A stretch of 63,746 nt of DNA, counting the filler, from Reticulomyxa filosa (lineage: Eukaryota; Protista; Foraminifera): assembly GCA_000512085.1 (NCBI GenBank). It is 16 parts of 16 records of this genome, joined end to end, with 100 filler letters (N's around TTAATTAATTAA, not from the genome) between each part and the next. Parts side by side here need not be neighbours in the genome. Positions count along the whole stretch, not along the records: positions 5,176 to 19,927 come from ASPP01008369.1; positions 20,028 to 22,482 come from ASPP01006664.1; positions 22,583 to 26,223 come from ASPP01023574.1; positions 26,324 to 30,379 come from ASPP01000620.1; 12 more parts are not named here. One strand, given 5' to 3'. Shown here one piece after another: positions 14,620-26,658 of this stretch. The position numbers and the translations under genes were made by a program. The notes under the pieces were generated by a model that made no database searches, was not told the DNA's origin, and was given only the letters and a program-made list of their open reading frames with translations. How positions within the stretch are numbered: position 1 is the first letter of the stretch; every line of letters begins with the position of its first letter.

Positions 14620-14932
14620 TTTTAGGATACCTTTGGTTACACTTAGCCCAAATCTTTTTTTCTCTTCAACTTTTTCGGTGGACACTCTGCTTGGCAGTGT
14701 TCAGTAGTGCCTTGTTTTGAACAAAACAAAGTCTATGATAAACAAAAAAAAAGTATGCACATGAGAATATAATGCTTGTATAATGGGCCATGACACGAAA
14801 AGCTAGAGTTAGTCCTTCTTTGTGTAAATGTCAGTGACAAGGTTTCATTAACTTTGTTTTTTGGGCCAAGTGACGAGAAGAGAAGAAAAAAAGAAGGTGT
14901 TTAGGGGTGGTAGAATTTTTAAAGAAAAAGAT

Positions 14933-15611
14933 ATGAATCGTGCAATGGCCTCTGGTGACAGTCATTTGAGGTCAACAACCTCACTCCCGCAAGCAGGAGG
15001 ACATGAAAATATTGGACATTTCCAGAGTCAATCGATGACCCCACAAAGCACCTTGCCTCGAACGGAAACAACAAAGAGAGACTTTCGAGATTTGGTATGG
15101 AACCAGTCGAAATACTTGAACCAAGAGTATCGACGAAGACTATGGTTGTCAGTGGCGGGCCATTTCCACGCGACTGAAACGTCACACCCTCGTTTTCAAT
15201 ATAAGAACTACAAATCGGCGGCGTTGCCTTCGGAGAACACAAAGAAGAATAAGTACGGAAAGAATGCGACGCAGACGCCAGGAGATGTGGAGGTAATGGA
15301 CGTGGGACTGGAAATGGCAGTGGAATTGGAGACAAAGATGAAGAAGCAGATGGATACAGAGATGGAGAGATCGCAGAAAGACAAAGAAAAGGAAAAGGAA
15401 AAGGAAAAAGAGAAAGAGAAAGAGAGAGAGAAAGAAAAAGATAATGACAATGGAGAGACAATGACAGTGGAGAAATTGGAAATGTATTTGTCGAGACATG
15501 AGACATATGCGCATTTAGTGAACGACGCAGGAGGTAATTCGAACTTGAGTTTGAATTTGAGTGCAGCCTCGAGCCCCTCGGGAAGTGGAGTATCAGAGTC
15601 GACAGCAGCAG

Positions 15612-15650
<39 letters not shown>

Positions 15651-16642
15651 TAACAACAGCAACAGCAACAGCAATAACAACAACAACAACAACAACAATA
15701 ACAACGACGACAATGACATTGGTAGAGAGACAACTAACATCGACAATGCGCAATGTGCTGTCAGCACATGCAGTGGCGTGGAACAATCGATTAATGTTGG
15801 TGGGAGCGGTGCAGATCTGCGCAGTGCTGCAAGTGACAACGCGCAGCGAAGAGTGGTCATTCTATCTGATGCAAGTGCTGACTGACATAATGAAACCATT
15901 CCGCATCAACGACGAGGAAATGATCAAAAACGGTGCTCTACTGTTGATCGACGAGCTGAGTCGAGAGGACCCCGAGCTAATCTACAAAATGAACGCAGCG
16001 AAAATGGACGCCGTGGATCTGACACTGTTCGTCACGTCGTGGGTGCGTGCTCTGTTCGCACATCACTTTTATTTGAAGTTTGTCCAAAGAGTCATCGACT
16101 TGGTGCTGGTGGAGGGCCCCTGTGCATTGCTGGCCATTGCCTATGGACTGATTTGGCTCATTCGCAGTGACATCAAGTCCAGCAAAAACATACAGGAGAT
16201 CTTTGAAAAGTTTTCGTATCTGAAAAAGTTCCTGAAAGAAAAACGCTTCATCAGCGAAGTCATCTCTGTCGCCCAGGAATTGTACGCGCGTGATGACTAC
16301 TCGTATATCGAAAAACGCATTCGACTTAAAACTTGGAACGAAATGCTATCGATTCCCGGAAAAAGATCTCTGAAAATTCGCGAAGGGGTGGGTGACAAAA
16401 ACTACATTCACAAACTCACTTCGCAATGGAAGTCGGAATGGAGGACGCAGTTCATCACTCGCGATGCCTACATCGAAGAGGACAATGTGTCATCCGACGA
16501 AAGTGCCGAAATGCAGAACAAACGTCTCAAAAAACAAATCAGCGAGTTAAAATATGCCGTTATGGACAGCACTCAAAAAATCGATCGCATGTCCATGATG
16601 CTACAAAATAATAACAATAATAGTAATAATAAAAATAATAAA

Positions 16643-16676
<34 letters not shown>

Positions 16677-17713
16677 TTAATGACAATGCCACCGTAGATT
16701 GGAACGAATTGAAACATCAATGGTCCGCAGATCACATACATGCCACTCAACTGTCTGTGCTCGCCACTGTGGACGAACATGATCCCGAACATGCACTCGC
16801 ACATGCACGTGGAAGTGGGAAAGACAAGGACAAAAAAGAACACAAGCAGCATGACAAAATCAAGACATTGTCCGATTTGTTGCATGTCTCGAAGAACGGC
16901 GACGTCCATTTGGAGCCTATTGGAGACAGCGTTACAATTCGCGAAGTGCAAATAAAAATTAACGAATGGACTGACATTTGGCGACAGGCCGTGGCAGATT
17001 TGGAGGACGCAGCAATCAGTTTGGAAGGGTACTTGGTGACATTGACATCGGGTCTTTTCAACAAAATGAAGAAACAGCGATGGTGGTTTATGCTGCGAGG
17101 TTGCTATTTTACATATCTGGAGACGTTCAACGCTCCCAGGCCCAAAGGCGATAAATGTCTCAATATTACCGGCTATATTGTTAATCCGGTAAATCACAAA
17201 GAAAGCAAATATGCGTTCGAACTCATATCCCCTCCGACCTCGGCCAATGGCAACAACTTGGAGCGACTCAAGTTTGTGCTGATGCCTGAGGATGACAGCG
17301 CCAATGAGCGCAAGTTGCGTCAAACGCGAGATAAATGGATCAAGGCACTACGCTTTTCTGCCAAAGGAGGAAATATGTGGCAGCAAATGCTGCATTTAAT
17401 GACCACTATCAATCCCGCTTCGTCCTTTGCAAATGCAAATCCTTTGTCGTCCACGTCCACTTCTTTGTCCAGACGAATGTCTCCTACTACTGTATATCCT
17501 ACCAGATCTTCCAATATTTACAAACCTTTCAATACTAATACCCAGACTAATCTCCATGACTCCAACACTACCAATTTCGTGTCCGAGGACACTTCATCAG
17601 GTCGTTTGAGTGCCACCAAAAATTATCCCACACGCCCATTGCCGCTGTCACCATTTGAAAAAAGACCAAGCAAATTGTATCGTCCTCCATCCACCCATTC
17701 GTCTGGGTATTAG
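14933..17713 (+). CDS. Rab-GAP TBC-domain protein with coiled coil and C-terminal PH domain (single long ORF)
   Basis: TBC signatures YRRRLWLSVAG, SEEWSFYLM and FVTSWVRALFAHHFYLKFVQRVIDLVLVEG. PH signature LEGYL...KKQRWWFMLRG...YAFEL...RDKWIKALR. Confidence 0.8.
15385..16680 (+). repeat. Coding microsatellites inside the TBC gene
   Basis: (GAAAAG)n encoding KE at about 15385-15440, (GCA/ACA)n encoding poly-A/T at about 15602-15712, and (AAT)n encoding poly-N at about 16607-16680. Confidence 0.9.
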
Positions 17714-18454
17714 ATTAATCTTTTCTTTTTTTGTTGTTTGTTTTTTTGTTCATCTGGATGGAGCACAAACAATGTCGCAAATTCTGACACCACGAAGTCG
17801 TGCTGTCCTTTTCCTTATGCAAAGCGTTTGCTCTTGTCTCATTTCTACAATGCATTTTAATAATAATATCTATTGTATGCACGTTTTATTAGGCTCTCTG
17901 GGGGGGGAAGGGAGTGGGCATTTTAATGCAAACTCACTTGTCTGTAATCATTTTCATGATGTGACTGTAACTCTTTTTTTTATATGTTTTCTGCATTTTG
18001 AGTCAGCATTTCTATAAAACTTCAAACGTTTATATTCGCTATTATCACAATTTACAATGTTTTGTCAAATATTGCACATTGGTAGATTTTTTTAATTTGA
18101 ATAAATGGATAATTTAACTTGACATATATTTTTTTACTTAAAAAATTTCAAATCTTACATGCAATGATGCAACATGAAGAGTATTGTTAGCTGTTATATT
18201 TAGTACTCTTGTGGATTAGTTTCTACGACCAACAATCTTTATTTTCTTAAAACAACTTTTTTGGGATTGTAATGCTTTTTACACAAAAATATTGTAAAAA
18301 TTTGCATATTGTTTCCTCCCGATTCATATTAAACAGGTTAATATATGTTTAAGCCAAGATGAATGTGTTTGAAATATGAACGTTTTGATGCCTTTGCAAT
18401 TATAAAGCAATTTCTGCTTTTTGATTGGACACATTAGAGAGCAAAGACAGGTCA

Positions 18455-19457
18455 ATGGTATTTGTAATGGGTTTCGAAGGGTCCGCCAACAAAATAAGCG
18501 TTGGTATTGTGGATGAAAAAGGTGTAATATATGCAAATCCACGACGTACGTTTATCACTCCTCCAGGTGAAGGTTTTAAGCCAAATGAAACGGCAGAACA
18601 TCACAAAGGAAAAATCCTTGAGTTAATTGAGGAGGCATTAAAGAGTCCAAACTCCAAAAGAAGGACATATCGGCGTTAGCATATCAAAAGGCCCAGGAAT
18701 GGGTGCATGTTTGCAAGTGGTTGCAATTGTTGTGAGAACATTGTCTCAATTGTGGAAAGTTCCAATAATTCCAGTGAATCACTGCATTGGGCACATTGAA
18801 ATGGGCCGAATTGTGAAAAAGGCAAAAAATCCAGTTGTGTTGTATGTGAGTGGCGGTAATACCCAAGTGATCTCTTATGCCGACAAAAGGTATCGCATAT
18901 TCGGAGAGACGATTGACAATGCGGTTGGAAATGTGCTCGATCGCATTGCCAGGGATTTGAAATTGAGCAATGACCCCTCGCCGGGGTATAACATTGAGCA
19001 AATGGCAAAGCAAGGCAAAAGCATGATCTCATTGCCATATTCAGTCAAAGGGATGGATGTGTCATTTGCAGGACTTCAAAGTGCAGTCAAAAAAATTTGC
19101 AAAGAGCAAAAGCATTCGGTAGCGGATATTTGCTACAGTGTGCAAGAAACGATATTTGCAATGTTGGTGGAAATTACAGAAAGGGCCATGGCTCATGTAG
19201 ACACCAATGAGGTATTGATCGTCGGAGGAGTGGGCTGTAATGTCAGGCTGCAGGAGATGATGCAAAACATGTGTGAAAATAGAAATGCTCAGGTATTTGG
19301 TATGGACGATCGTTACTGTATTGACAACGGTGCTATGATCGCATGGGCGGGCTGTTTGTTGTTTCAATACTCAATACCAAATGGGATCCCTCTCCATGAG
19401 GCAACCATTACTCAAAGATATCGTACCGATTCTGTTCATGTTTCATGGCGAGAATAA
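18455..19457 (+). CDS. KAE1: tRNA N6-threonylcarbamoyltransferase Kae1/OSGEP (two apparent single-base deletions at about 18640-18686)
   Basis: [69 protein letters not shown] and TQRYRTD. Confidence 0.95.
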
Positions 19458-20379
19458 CATTTGTTTTCTATACTTTGATTTTAATGTCATACTACATTTT
19501 CCATTCCTAAATATTATTCATTCAAAGATTGCATTATGTTCTTTGTGGAAGTTCTTCGCACTCCCTTCTTAAAAAAAAGAAACTATCAAAATTTTTCAAT
19601 GTCATTGTTTTTTTTCATTTAAAATCTATTGGAAACAAGCATTATCATAAAAAAAAATAAAAATGATAGAATTTTTCAAATTATTTGACATTTTTGTGTT
19701 TCAAAGGGATTGGACACTTAGTGTATATAATTTATTATATAAAACAGTCATAAGATAATAATCGAAATATGATTGTAAATTTTGGAATGGCGATGCTGAT
19801 TGCAACAAAAAAAAAATATAGTTCAATGTGTAGAATTCTTGAAGTTATGCCTTTAACAATCAACTACAGTAGGTTGCAAAGAAAACTGAACGCCTAAAAC
19901 ATATCTTATGATGATAATTGATTTTCTNNNNNNNNNNNNNNNNNNNNNNNNNNNNNNNNNNNNNNNNNNNNTTAATTAATTAANNNNNNNNNNNNNNNNN
20001 NNNNNNNNNNNNNNNNNNNNNNNNNNNCTCTCTCCGATTTATTAGTAGCCAAATTTTTATTTTTTTTGTTTGCAGAAAAGAAAAAAAAAAATCCGTGTAT
20101 CCCCACAAGTATGAGAATAACCTGATGGTTGTCACTATTGCTACTCAAAGCATTCTTGTCATCACTTTTTGTACAAGAATCGTCACAAACGTCACTGTTT
20201 ATTATTGTTATTGTAATTGTTGTTATTTATACTTTTGTTTATTCTTTGTGGAGAGGGGAAATATGTTAGTCCGGATTTTGGTGGATTTGTTGTTATTGTT
20301 ATATCATTGTTATCATTTTATATTATGTATTTGTTTGTTTTGTTTGTCATGAATTGTATGATTATTATCATTGTCCTCA

Positions 20380-21777
20380 CAGTAGTGTTGTTGTGGATGG
20401 ACGAAACTGTTTGACCGAGGTTTTGGAGGGTGACGAAAGTGAAGTGATTATGTGATGACCCGAGTCGGAGTAATTTGGATCGCTCTTTCGAGTGAGACTG
20501 GGAACATCGTTATGATCACCCCTTGGATTGCTAAACGCGCGTGTGGGCGGGATATTGGGTAATAAGGCAAAGGGATTGATTTGGGTTTCTTTGACATATA
20601 TGTATATGTATATATATACACATATATATATATATATATATATGCAATTTCAATCAAAAATGCATTCACACACAAATTATTTGTTATGCTAATCCATTTA
20701 TACTATATACATATACATATATATATATATATATACGTCAAACCTGGGACTTTATGAATGACAACTCCAGATGAATTAGAGACGGTCGACGAGGAATGAC
20801 AGGATGCATGTACTGCTTGCTGCTTTGCAGAGAGAGTTGTAGAGGAGCAGTATTCAGAGGACGCGTCATTGTCAGATGACACGGCAGCACGTTCGTCGAC
20901 TTTGCCAACGCGTTTGCCGCCGCTGTCGGTGCGTTGCAACTCGTCCTTGCCATTCACTGGGACACGCTCCACTTGGTAGTGATAGTACAGCGAGGGCTTG
21001 TCATTGCCCGTCGCACTGCCTCCCATCTCTTCGTTCAAATGCCCATGGAGAGGAGGGACGCCCCCTGTTCCCGTTTCCATCATATCTGCCACACCCATCG
21101 CTGATTCATTGCCTTCGTCGCCATTGCTCATCACGCCGTCATGCATGTCCTCTTCATCCTGTCGCGTCACCGCTTGGTCATGTAAGAATTGGCATCTGAT
21201 GATCCGTTGCATTTTTGTTCCGACCCAACGGAACAACAATTTTAAAAAATTTTCAAAAAAAAAAAAGTTTTTTTTTTGGAGCTAAGATAAAGGGGCCGAT
21301 GAAGACCTGTGTTCATAAGGGCAAAAATGATGGGTGTGCCAATTTCGACAACGCTTCGTGCGCCATTTTGTACTGCGAAATACTGGTCTTAGTTCTTGCA
21401 GTCCATGTGAAAAAGAGCATCGTTTTCCATAATAACACCACCCTAAATAAAAAATTTTTTTTTTCAGGATGCACTTTTTTTTTTTTTTTTGAAAAAAAAA
21501 AGTTCATACCACTTTGAGTCCATTCTCGGCATAACTCAGTTTTGTATAAAGATTGACGGTCTTTTGTCTTGGACAATGGTTGGATTGGTTGACTGGTGTT
21601 GTTTTGCTATACATGCACACAATAACCTCAAATAAACAACACAAAACACAAAAACACAACAACAATGCAATGAACAACCCGAATAATACTACTCACAAGG
21701 GCTTCTGTAATGATGTTGATGTTGTGTCCATCAAAGTGCACTGGAACCGGAACTGATATATCTTGGGCGAAAGTCAT
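20380..21777 (-). CDS. Tandem CCCH zinc-finger RNA-binding protein (TIS11/ZFP36-like), multi-exon
   Basis: Spliced reading [33 protein letters not shown]...WRTKRCRNWHTHHFCPYEHRCQFLH, using GT..AG introns, followed by a low-complexity tail. The 3' end is approximate. Confidence 0.88.
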
Positions 21778-22639
21778 CTTTGCTTTCTTTTATCTTTTTG
21801 GCGTCCTACACAAATGTTTTCAGTGATTTTTATCAACTATGAGTTGTCGTTGGAAAAAAAAATACGATCTCTTTTCCACTTGGTTAAAAAATCAAAACAA
21901 ATACTTTTTTTGAAGCCAAGAAAATGGTTGTTGCTTGAAAAGCTAAATTATTGCTCCTCACAACAACAAAATGAAATATGTGTTGTTGATATAGATCAGT
22001 GTAGATTATCTAGAGTTCAACACTGAAAAAAGATCCGCCAGATCTCCAGTTTGTCAATGGATCTGCTACAATGAAGTAACCTGCAAATATTAGTAAATTT
22101 CAGCTCTAGCTGTATATAATTCTAATTATAGTGTGGTTAAGATATTTTGGAATCACAATTGAAATATTATTTAAAAGTTCGAACAATTTTTTGAAAATAT
22201 TTAAAATTGCAACCTCTCAATATTCCTTCATACACTATAATCAATACTTTGCGCAACAAATATTCCACACACCTACTATTATGTTTACTTTAGCGTAATT
22301 GATGGAATTTTGTTACAATATGATATATGTATTGAAGCATGATACCAAAATTGATAATGATCAATAAGATACAGTAGAATGCAAAGTAAAGTTGACACCT
22401 AAAACGGCACCTTATATAAATGATTGATTTTTTTAAAAATTGTAAAGGATTGAGAATTTTAACAAAAATCGTGCTGTTGAACNNNNNNNNNNNNNNNNNN
22501 NNNNNNNNNNNNNNNNNNNNNNNNNNTTAATTAATTAANNNNNNNNNNNNNNNNNNNNNNNNNNNNNNNNNNNNNNNNNNNNTTTTTTTTTTTTTTTTTT
22601 TTTTATTTTTTTTTTTTTTTTTAATTAAAAAAAAAAAAG

Positions 22640-24898
22640 GCAGCAGTTCAGTATTCGTGGAATTTGCCAGCATTAGCAGATCGACTGGAATTGACAGAAA
22701 AGGAACTGCGTGAAGCGCTGTTCAAATACACAAAAAACGAGGAGTTGTTGGACAAAGAGATCCGCACATTTTTGCCTCAAGTCGGTGGCTTGACGTGCTA
22801 CTTCTTTGGGGACATACGGAAACTTCGATCGAAAACGTGCGAAGTGGCGGTGCGCGTGCACGACGAATGCAACGGATCAGATGTGTTTGGGACGGACATT
22901 TGCACGTGTCGACCGTACTTGGTGTTTGCACTACAGAGTTGCATTGAGTGCGCTCAAAGAGGGGGAGTGGGACTGGTCGTGTACTTCCGAAAGGAAGGAC
23001 GCTCATTGGGAGAAGTGACCAAGTTTCGCGTGTACAATGCCCGTAAAAACCAAGTCGGAGGTGACAGCGCCGAAAAGTATTTCTATCAAACAGAAAGCAT
23101 TGCCGGCATTCGAGACGCACGCTTCCAGGCAATGATGCCCGATGTCTTGAACTGGCTTGGCATTGAACGTATCGATTGGCTGCTGTCAATGAGCAACGAA
23201 AAGTACGAAGCTATCATCAACGCCGGCATTCGCGTTGATCAGCGTGTGCCTTTGCCCAATATGTATGTGCCAAAGCATGCCTTCGTCGAAATTACCGCCA
23301 AAGTGATGTCCGGGTAAACTTTGTGAAACTGTGTGTTTTTGTTATTATTATTGATTATATTCAATTCAATTCGGTTATATCTAACCCATGTATTTATTTT
23401 GATGTGTATATATGTGTTAGGTATCATGCAGAAGAATTAAAGGGAGACGAACTGATGGAAGAACTCCGAGATTTGAGGACAATTCGAAAACAGTGCTATC
23501 GCATTTATGACTTGGCCAAACAAGACAAACTCAACTTCTTTTCTGTTCGATTTGATAAAATCGAGGACTGTGCGAAGGATGTGGTGACCTGTATTAAAAA
23601 ACATTACCCCGACTTGAATGTCCCAATGCACAGTCGCTTCCGACATCTTGATGCCAAGGTCATTGAGAATCTGCGTTCGCAATGGACTTCGTCTGGAGTT
23701 CGTTTGGAGTTGGGCATTGTCCTCTATTCCCCTTCTTTTTTTTTTTCCCCTTCCCTGTCTCTCCCTAGTTACATGTGTACTGATGATAATTACATGTATA
23801 TTGTTCTTCATTCGTTTGTTTTTTTTTTGCTTTTTGCGTGTATCGATTATAGAGAACAGAGTCGACGCTTAATTGACTTAACCTTCGTTTCCGTTTTGTT
23901 GGATGCCGGTGCAGGAGAAAATTGGAAATACGTGGATCGATATGGCCATACATTTAACCGCAGCGAGGGCATTGGCGCGGCGTCTTTGCAAATGTTTTTA
24001 GATGGCATGTTCAGCAGCGATGAGGCGATGAAGACAAGAGTAAATTCACGAGGGCTGCACAAGCTGTCGGCTCAAGAGTTAGAAGCAGGGTTTCAAGTCT
24101 CCAAGTCTAATCCCATGGTTGGATTGGAAGGACGTGCTGGCTTGTTGAAGCGATTGGCAAAGGCTTTGGAAAAGTTTCCACAGTATTTTGGCTATGAAGT
24201 TTTGTCGCATTAAAGCAATCAAAAAGGGGCACATACCACATCAAAACTTGCAAAAAAAAAAAAACATTATTTTTTACAATAATATAAAGGTGCATCGTCC
24301 TGGACATTTGTTGGATTACTTGTTGAAAAAAGCCGACAAAAACAAGAAGGTATCTCTTCGAGTATTATGGCATGCATTGGTAGTTGGATTGGAACCCATT
24401 TGGCCACAAAGAATCACCGGTATTCGCAGTGGCGATGTTTGGGCGCACAATCAGTTGAGGTCAATTGGAAAACCAGGGTCGGACATGGTCCCATTTCATA
24501 AGTTGGTTCAATGGTTGTGTTATTCCATTGTTGAAGAATTTACCAGATATGGTATTCAATTTGAAGTCTTGGATGATCTCACATGTTTGGCCGAATATCG
24601 AAATGGTGGTTTGTTAATCGATACTGGTGTTATTGTTCCCAAAGAAGACACAGTAGATCTTGAAATGACATATCACGTTGGATCAGAAATCATTGTTGAA
24701 TGGAGAGCCCTTACTGTTGCTTTAATCGATCAGGTTGCTGATTATGTCAGAAAATATATTGGAAAGACGAAAACAGAGTTTCCTTTGGCAAAAGTTTTGG
24801 AAGGAGGAACATGGAGAGCTGGTCGTGAACTTGCTTTCAAACTAAGACCTTCTGGAAATTCTCCGATTAAAATACGATCTGATGGCACAGTGTTTTAA
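22640..24898 (+). CDS. Fused uracil-catabolism protein: URC1/urg1 (GTP cyclohydrolase II-like) plus URC4/urg3 (DUF1688); 5'-truncated by contig edge
   Basis: URC1: TFLPQVGG, VRVHDECNGSDVFGTDICTCRPYL, YFRKEGRSLGEVTK, DARFQAMMPDVL, SMSNEKY. URC4: PMHSRFRH, VSVLLDAGAG, RSEG, PFHKLVQWLCYS, AEYRNGGL, VEWRALTV, VLEGGTWRAGRE, SDGTVF*. Intron 23314-23420 joins the two in frame (MSG-YHAEE). Confidence 0.9.
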
Positions 24899-26658
24899 TA
24901 CGACATTGATGTTCGCTTTTTCTTTTTTTTTAAGGACGACACGCTTTTGATTATTCAAGACATATAAAATAAACAGTGATTTTTTTTGTTATTACTTGTG
25001 GTGACAATTCTCGTGAATCGATTTAGCACGTATTCCTTTTTGCAAGGAAAAAGATAAGTGTTGTTCTGGATTTTTTCATTTTGTGAATTAGTTGGTACTC
25101 AAAAGGTGATGTTTTTTTTGAGAAAGCCAAAATTCACTTTTATGTCATCATTTCTGTCAGAGCCATTTCGAAAACAACATCTCATTGTCATAACGGTTTA
25201 GCATTTCTCAAAAGCAAAGAAATATACATATTCTTCAAAATGACATTGAGCACGTTTCGACATAGCAACAAAGTATTTTCCTGATAGTTTGAATCAAGAA
25301 ATACAATAAATCGAATCCATTAATTGCTACTTTTTTGCACAAACTAATTTGAACTGTAAATAATTTTCAATTAAATTATACATTTTTTTTAGGTTAAAAA
25401 ATTTAAAGAAGTGTAATGAAAGTGCAAAGTTTTTACAAATTATCAAAAATATTGTTAAAAAATTTTATTGGTAAATCAATAGAATTTTTTTTACGCATAT
25501 GAACGTTTGTATATCGAAAAATATAAATATAAAGTGAACTTAGTGAACACCTTTTCTAAAAACATTATTTACTTTGAAAATGTTATATGTTTTTTTTGTT
25601 ATAATAATTCTTCATTTGTTTATTTGACCGCATTTATTTTTGTTTTTTAAAATTTCTTATGTAGTAAGTGTTCCCATATACACTATATAAATGTTTAATA
25701 ATGTTAAATAATCAATTGTATATGAGTTGTTATATTGATATACTTATTAATTTTTAATTTGCTGGAACATATATTTCGATTATTTTAAAAAACTCATATT
25801 ATTTCTCAGGTAAAGCTTTAAAAGCTAGTTACTTGATAAATGCAACGGAATATGCAAGCATGATTATTAAAATGTTGTTTTTTATGGAAATTTCATAGAA
25901 ACTTTCAAACAGCTGTCAAATCAGAAGGCAAAGATTCAAAATGAAAAACATGAATTCTAACAAAAGAAAAAATTTCGCAACATCGTTTCACCAAGTGACA
26001 TTAAGACATTTTCTTTTGAATTTGATTTGAATTTTGTTTATTAAATTCTTTGAATATTTTCGAAGATTAGCAAGATACAATATCACGATATTGCAACCAA
26101 GCTACAGTTGTGATATGTTGGAACAAATTTTAGTGTCGATCATAGTTGGGAATTAGCAAAATTTTTTATAGAGTTAAGGACAATCTTTTTTTAAACAATT
26201 TTTAAGATTTTTTTTTTTTTTTTNNNNNNNNNNNNNNNNNNNNNNNNNNNNNNNNNNNNNNNNNNNNTTAATTAATTAANNNNNNNNNNNNNNNNNNNNN
26301 NNNNNNNNNNNNNNNNNNNNNNNCACTCACAATATCACAAAAATCCAACTACTATAAAAAAATTTTTAACCACTATAAAAAAATTAATTTTACTAGTAAA
26401 AAAAAAATTTTCCGGACTTTGTCTTGACGATTTTTGTTAGTTTGGAACTACTTGACTTTTTCGACGATTTCGAAATGTCACGAGGTATCTTGTTGATCTA
26501 ACGTCACTTGATCGTTAATCTTCCAAATCTTGTAACTTTTTTTCGATAATGACCGATGATGATCAATATAGATTTTTTTTTTTTAAAAGAATTGGCGACA
26601 AAGATCAAAGCGTACACGCTCTCGCAAACTTGGAGAACACTGTTTGTGCATTTCGATA

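Noticed and set aside
14919-15899. Long antisense ORFs with poly-Leu/Val (326 aa, 192 aa)
   Set aside because: They are shadows of the microsatellite-rich TBC coding strand.
20595-20740. (TA)n/(TATG)n tracts as regulatory elements
   Set aside because: They are ordinary intronic microsatellites within the CCCH gene.
22664-23317. Riboflavin-pathway ribA as a stand-alone bacterial gene or contaminant
   Set aside because: The motifs match the URC1/urg1 subfamily, the gene has spliceosomal introns, and it continues into URC4.
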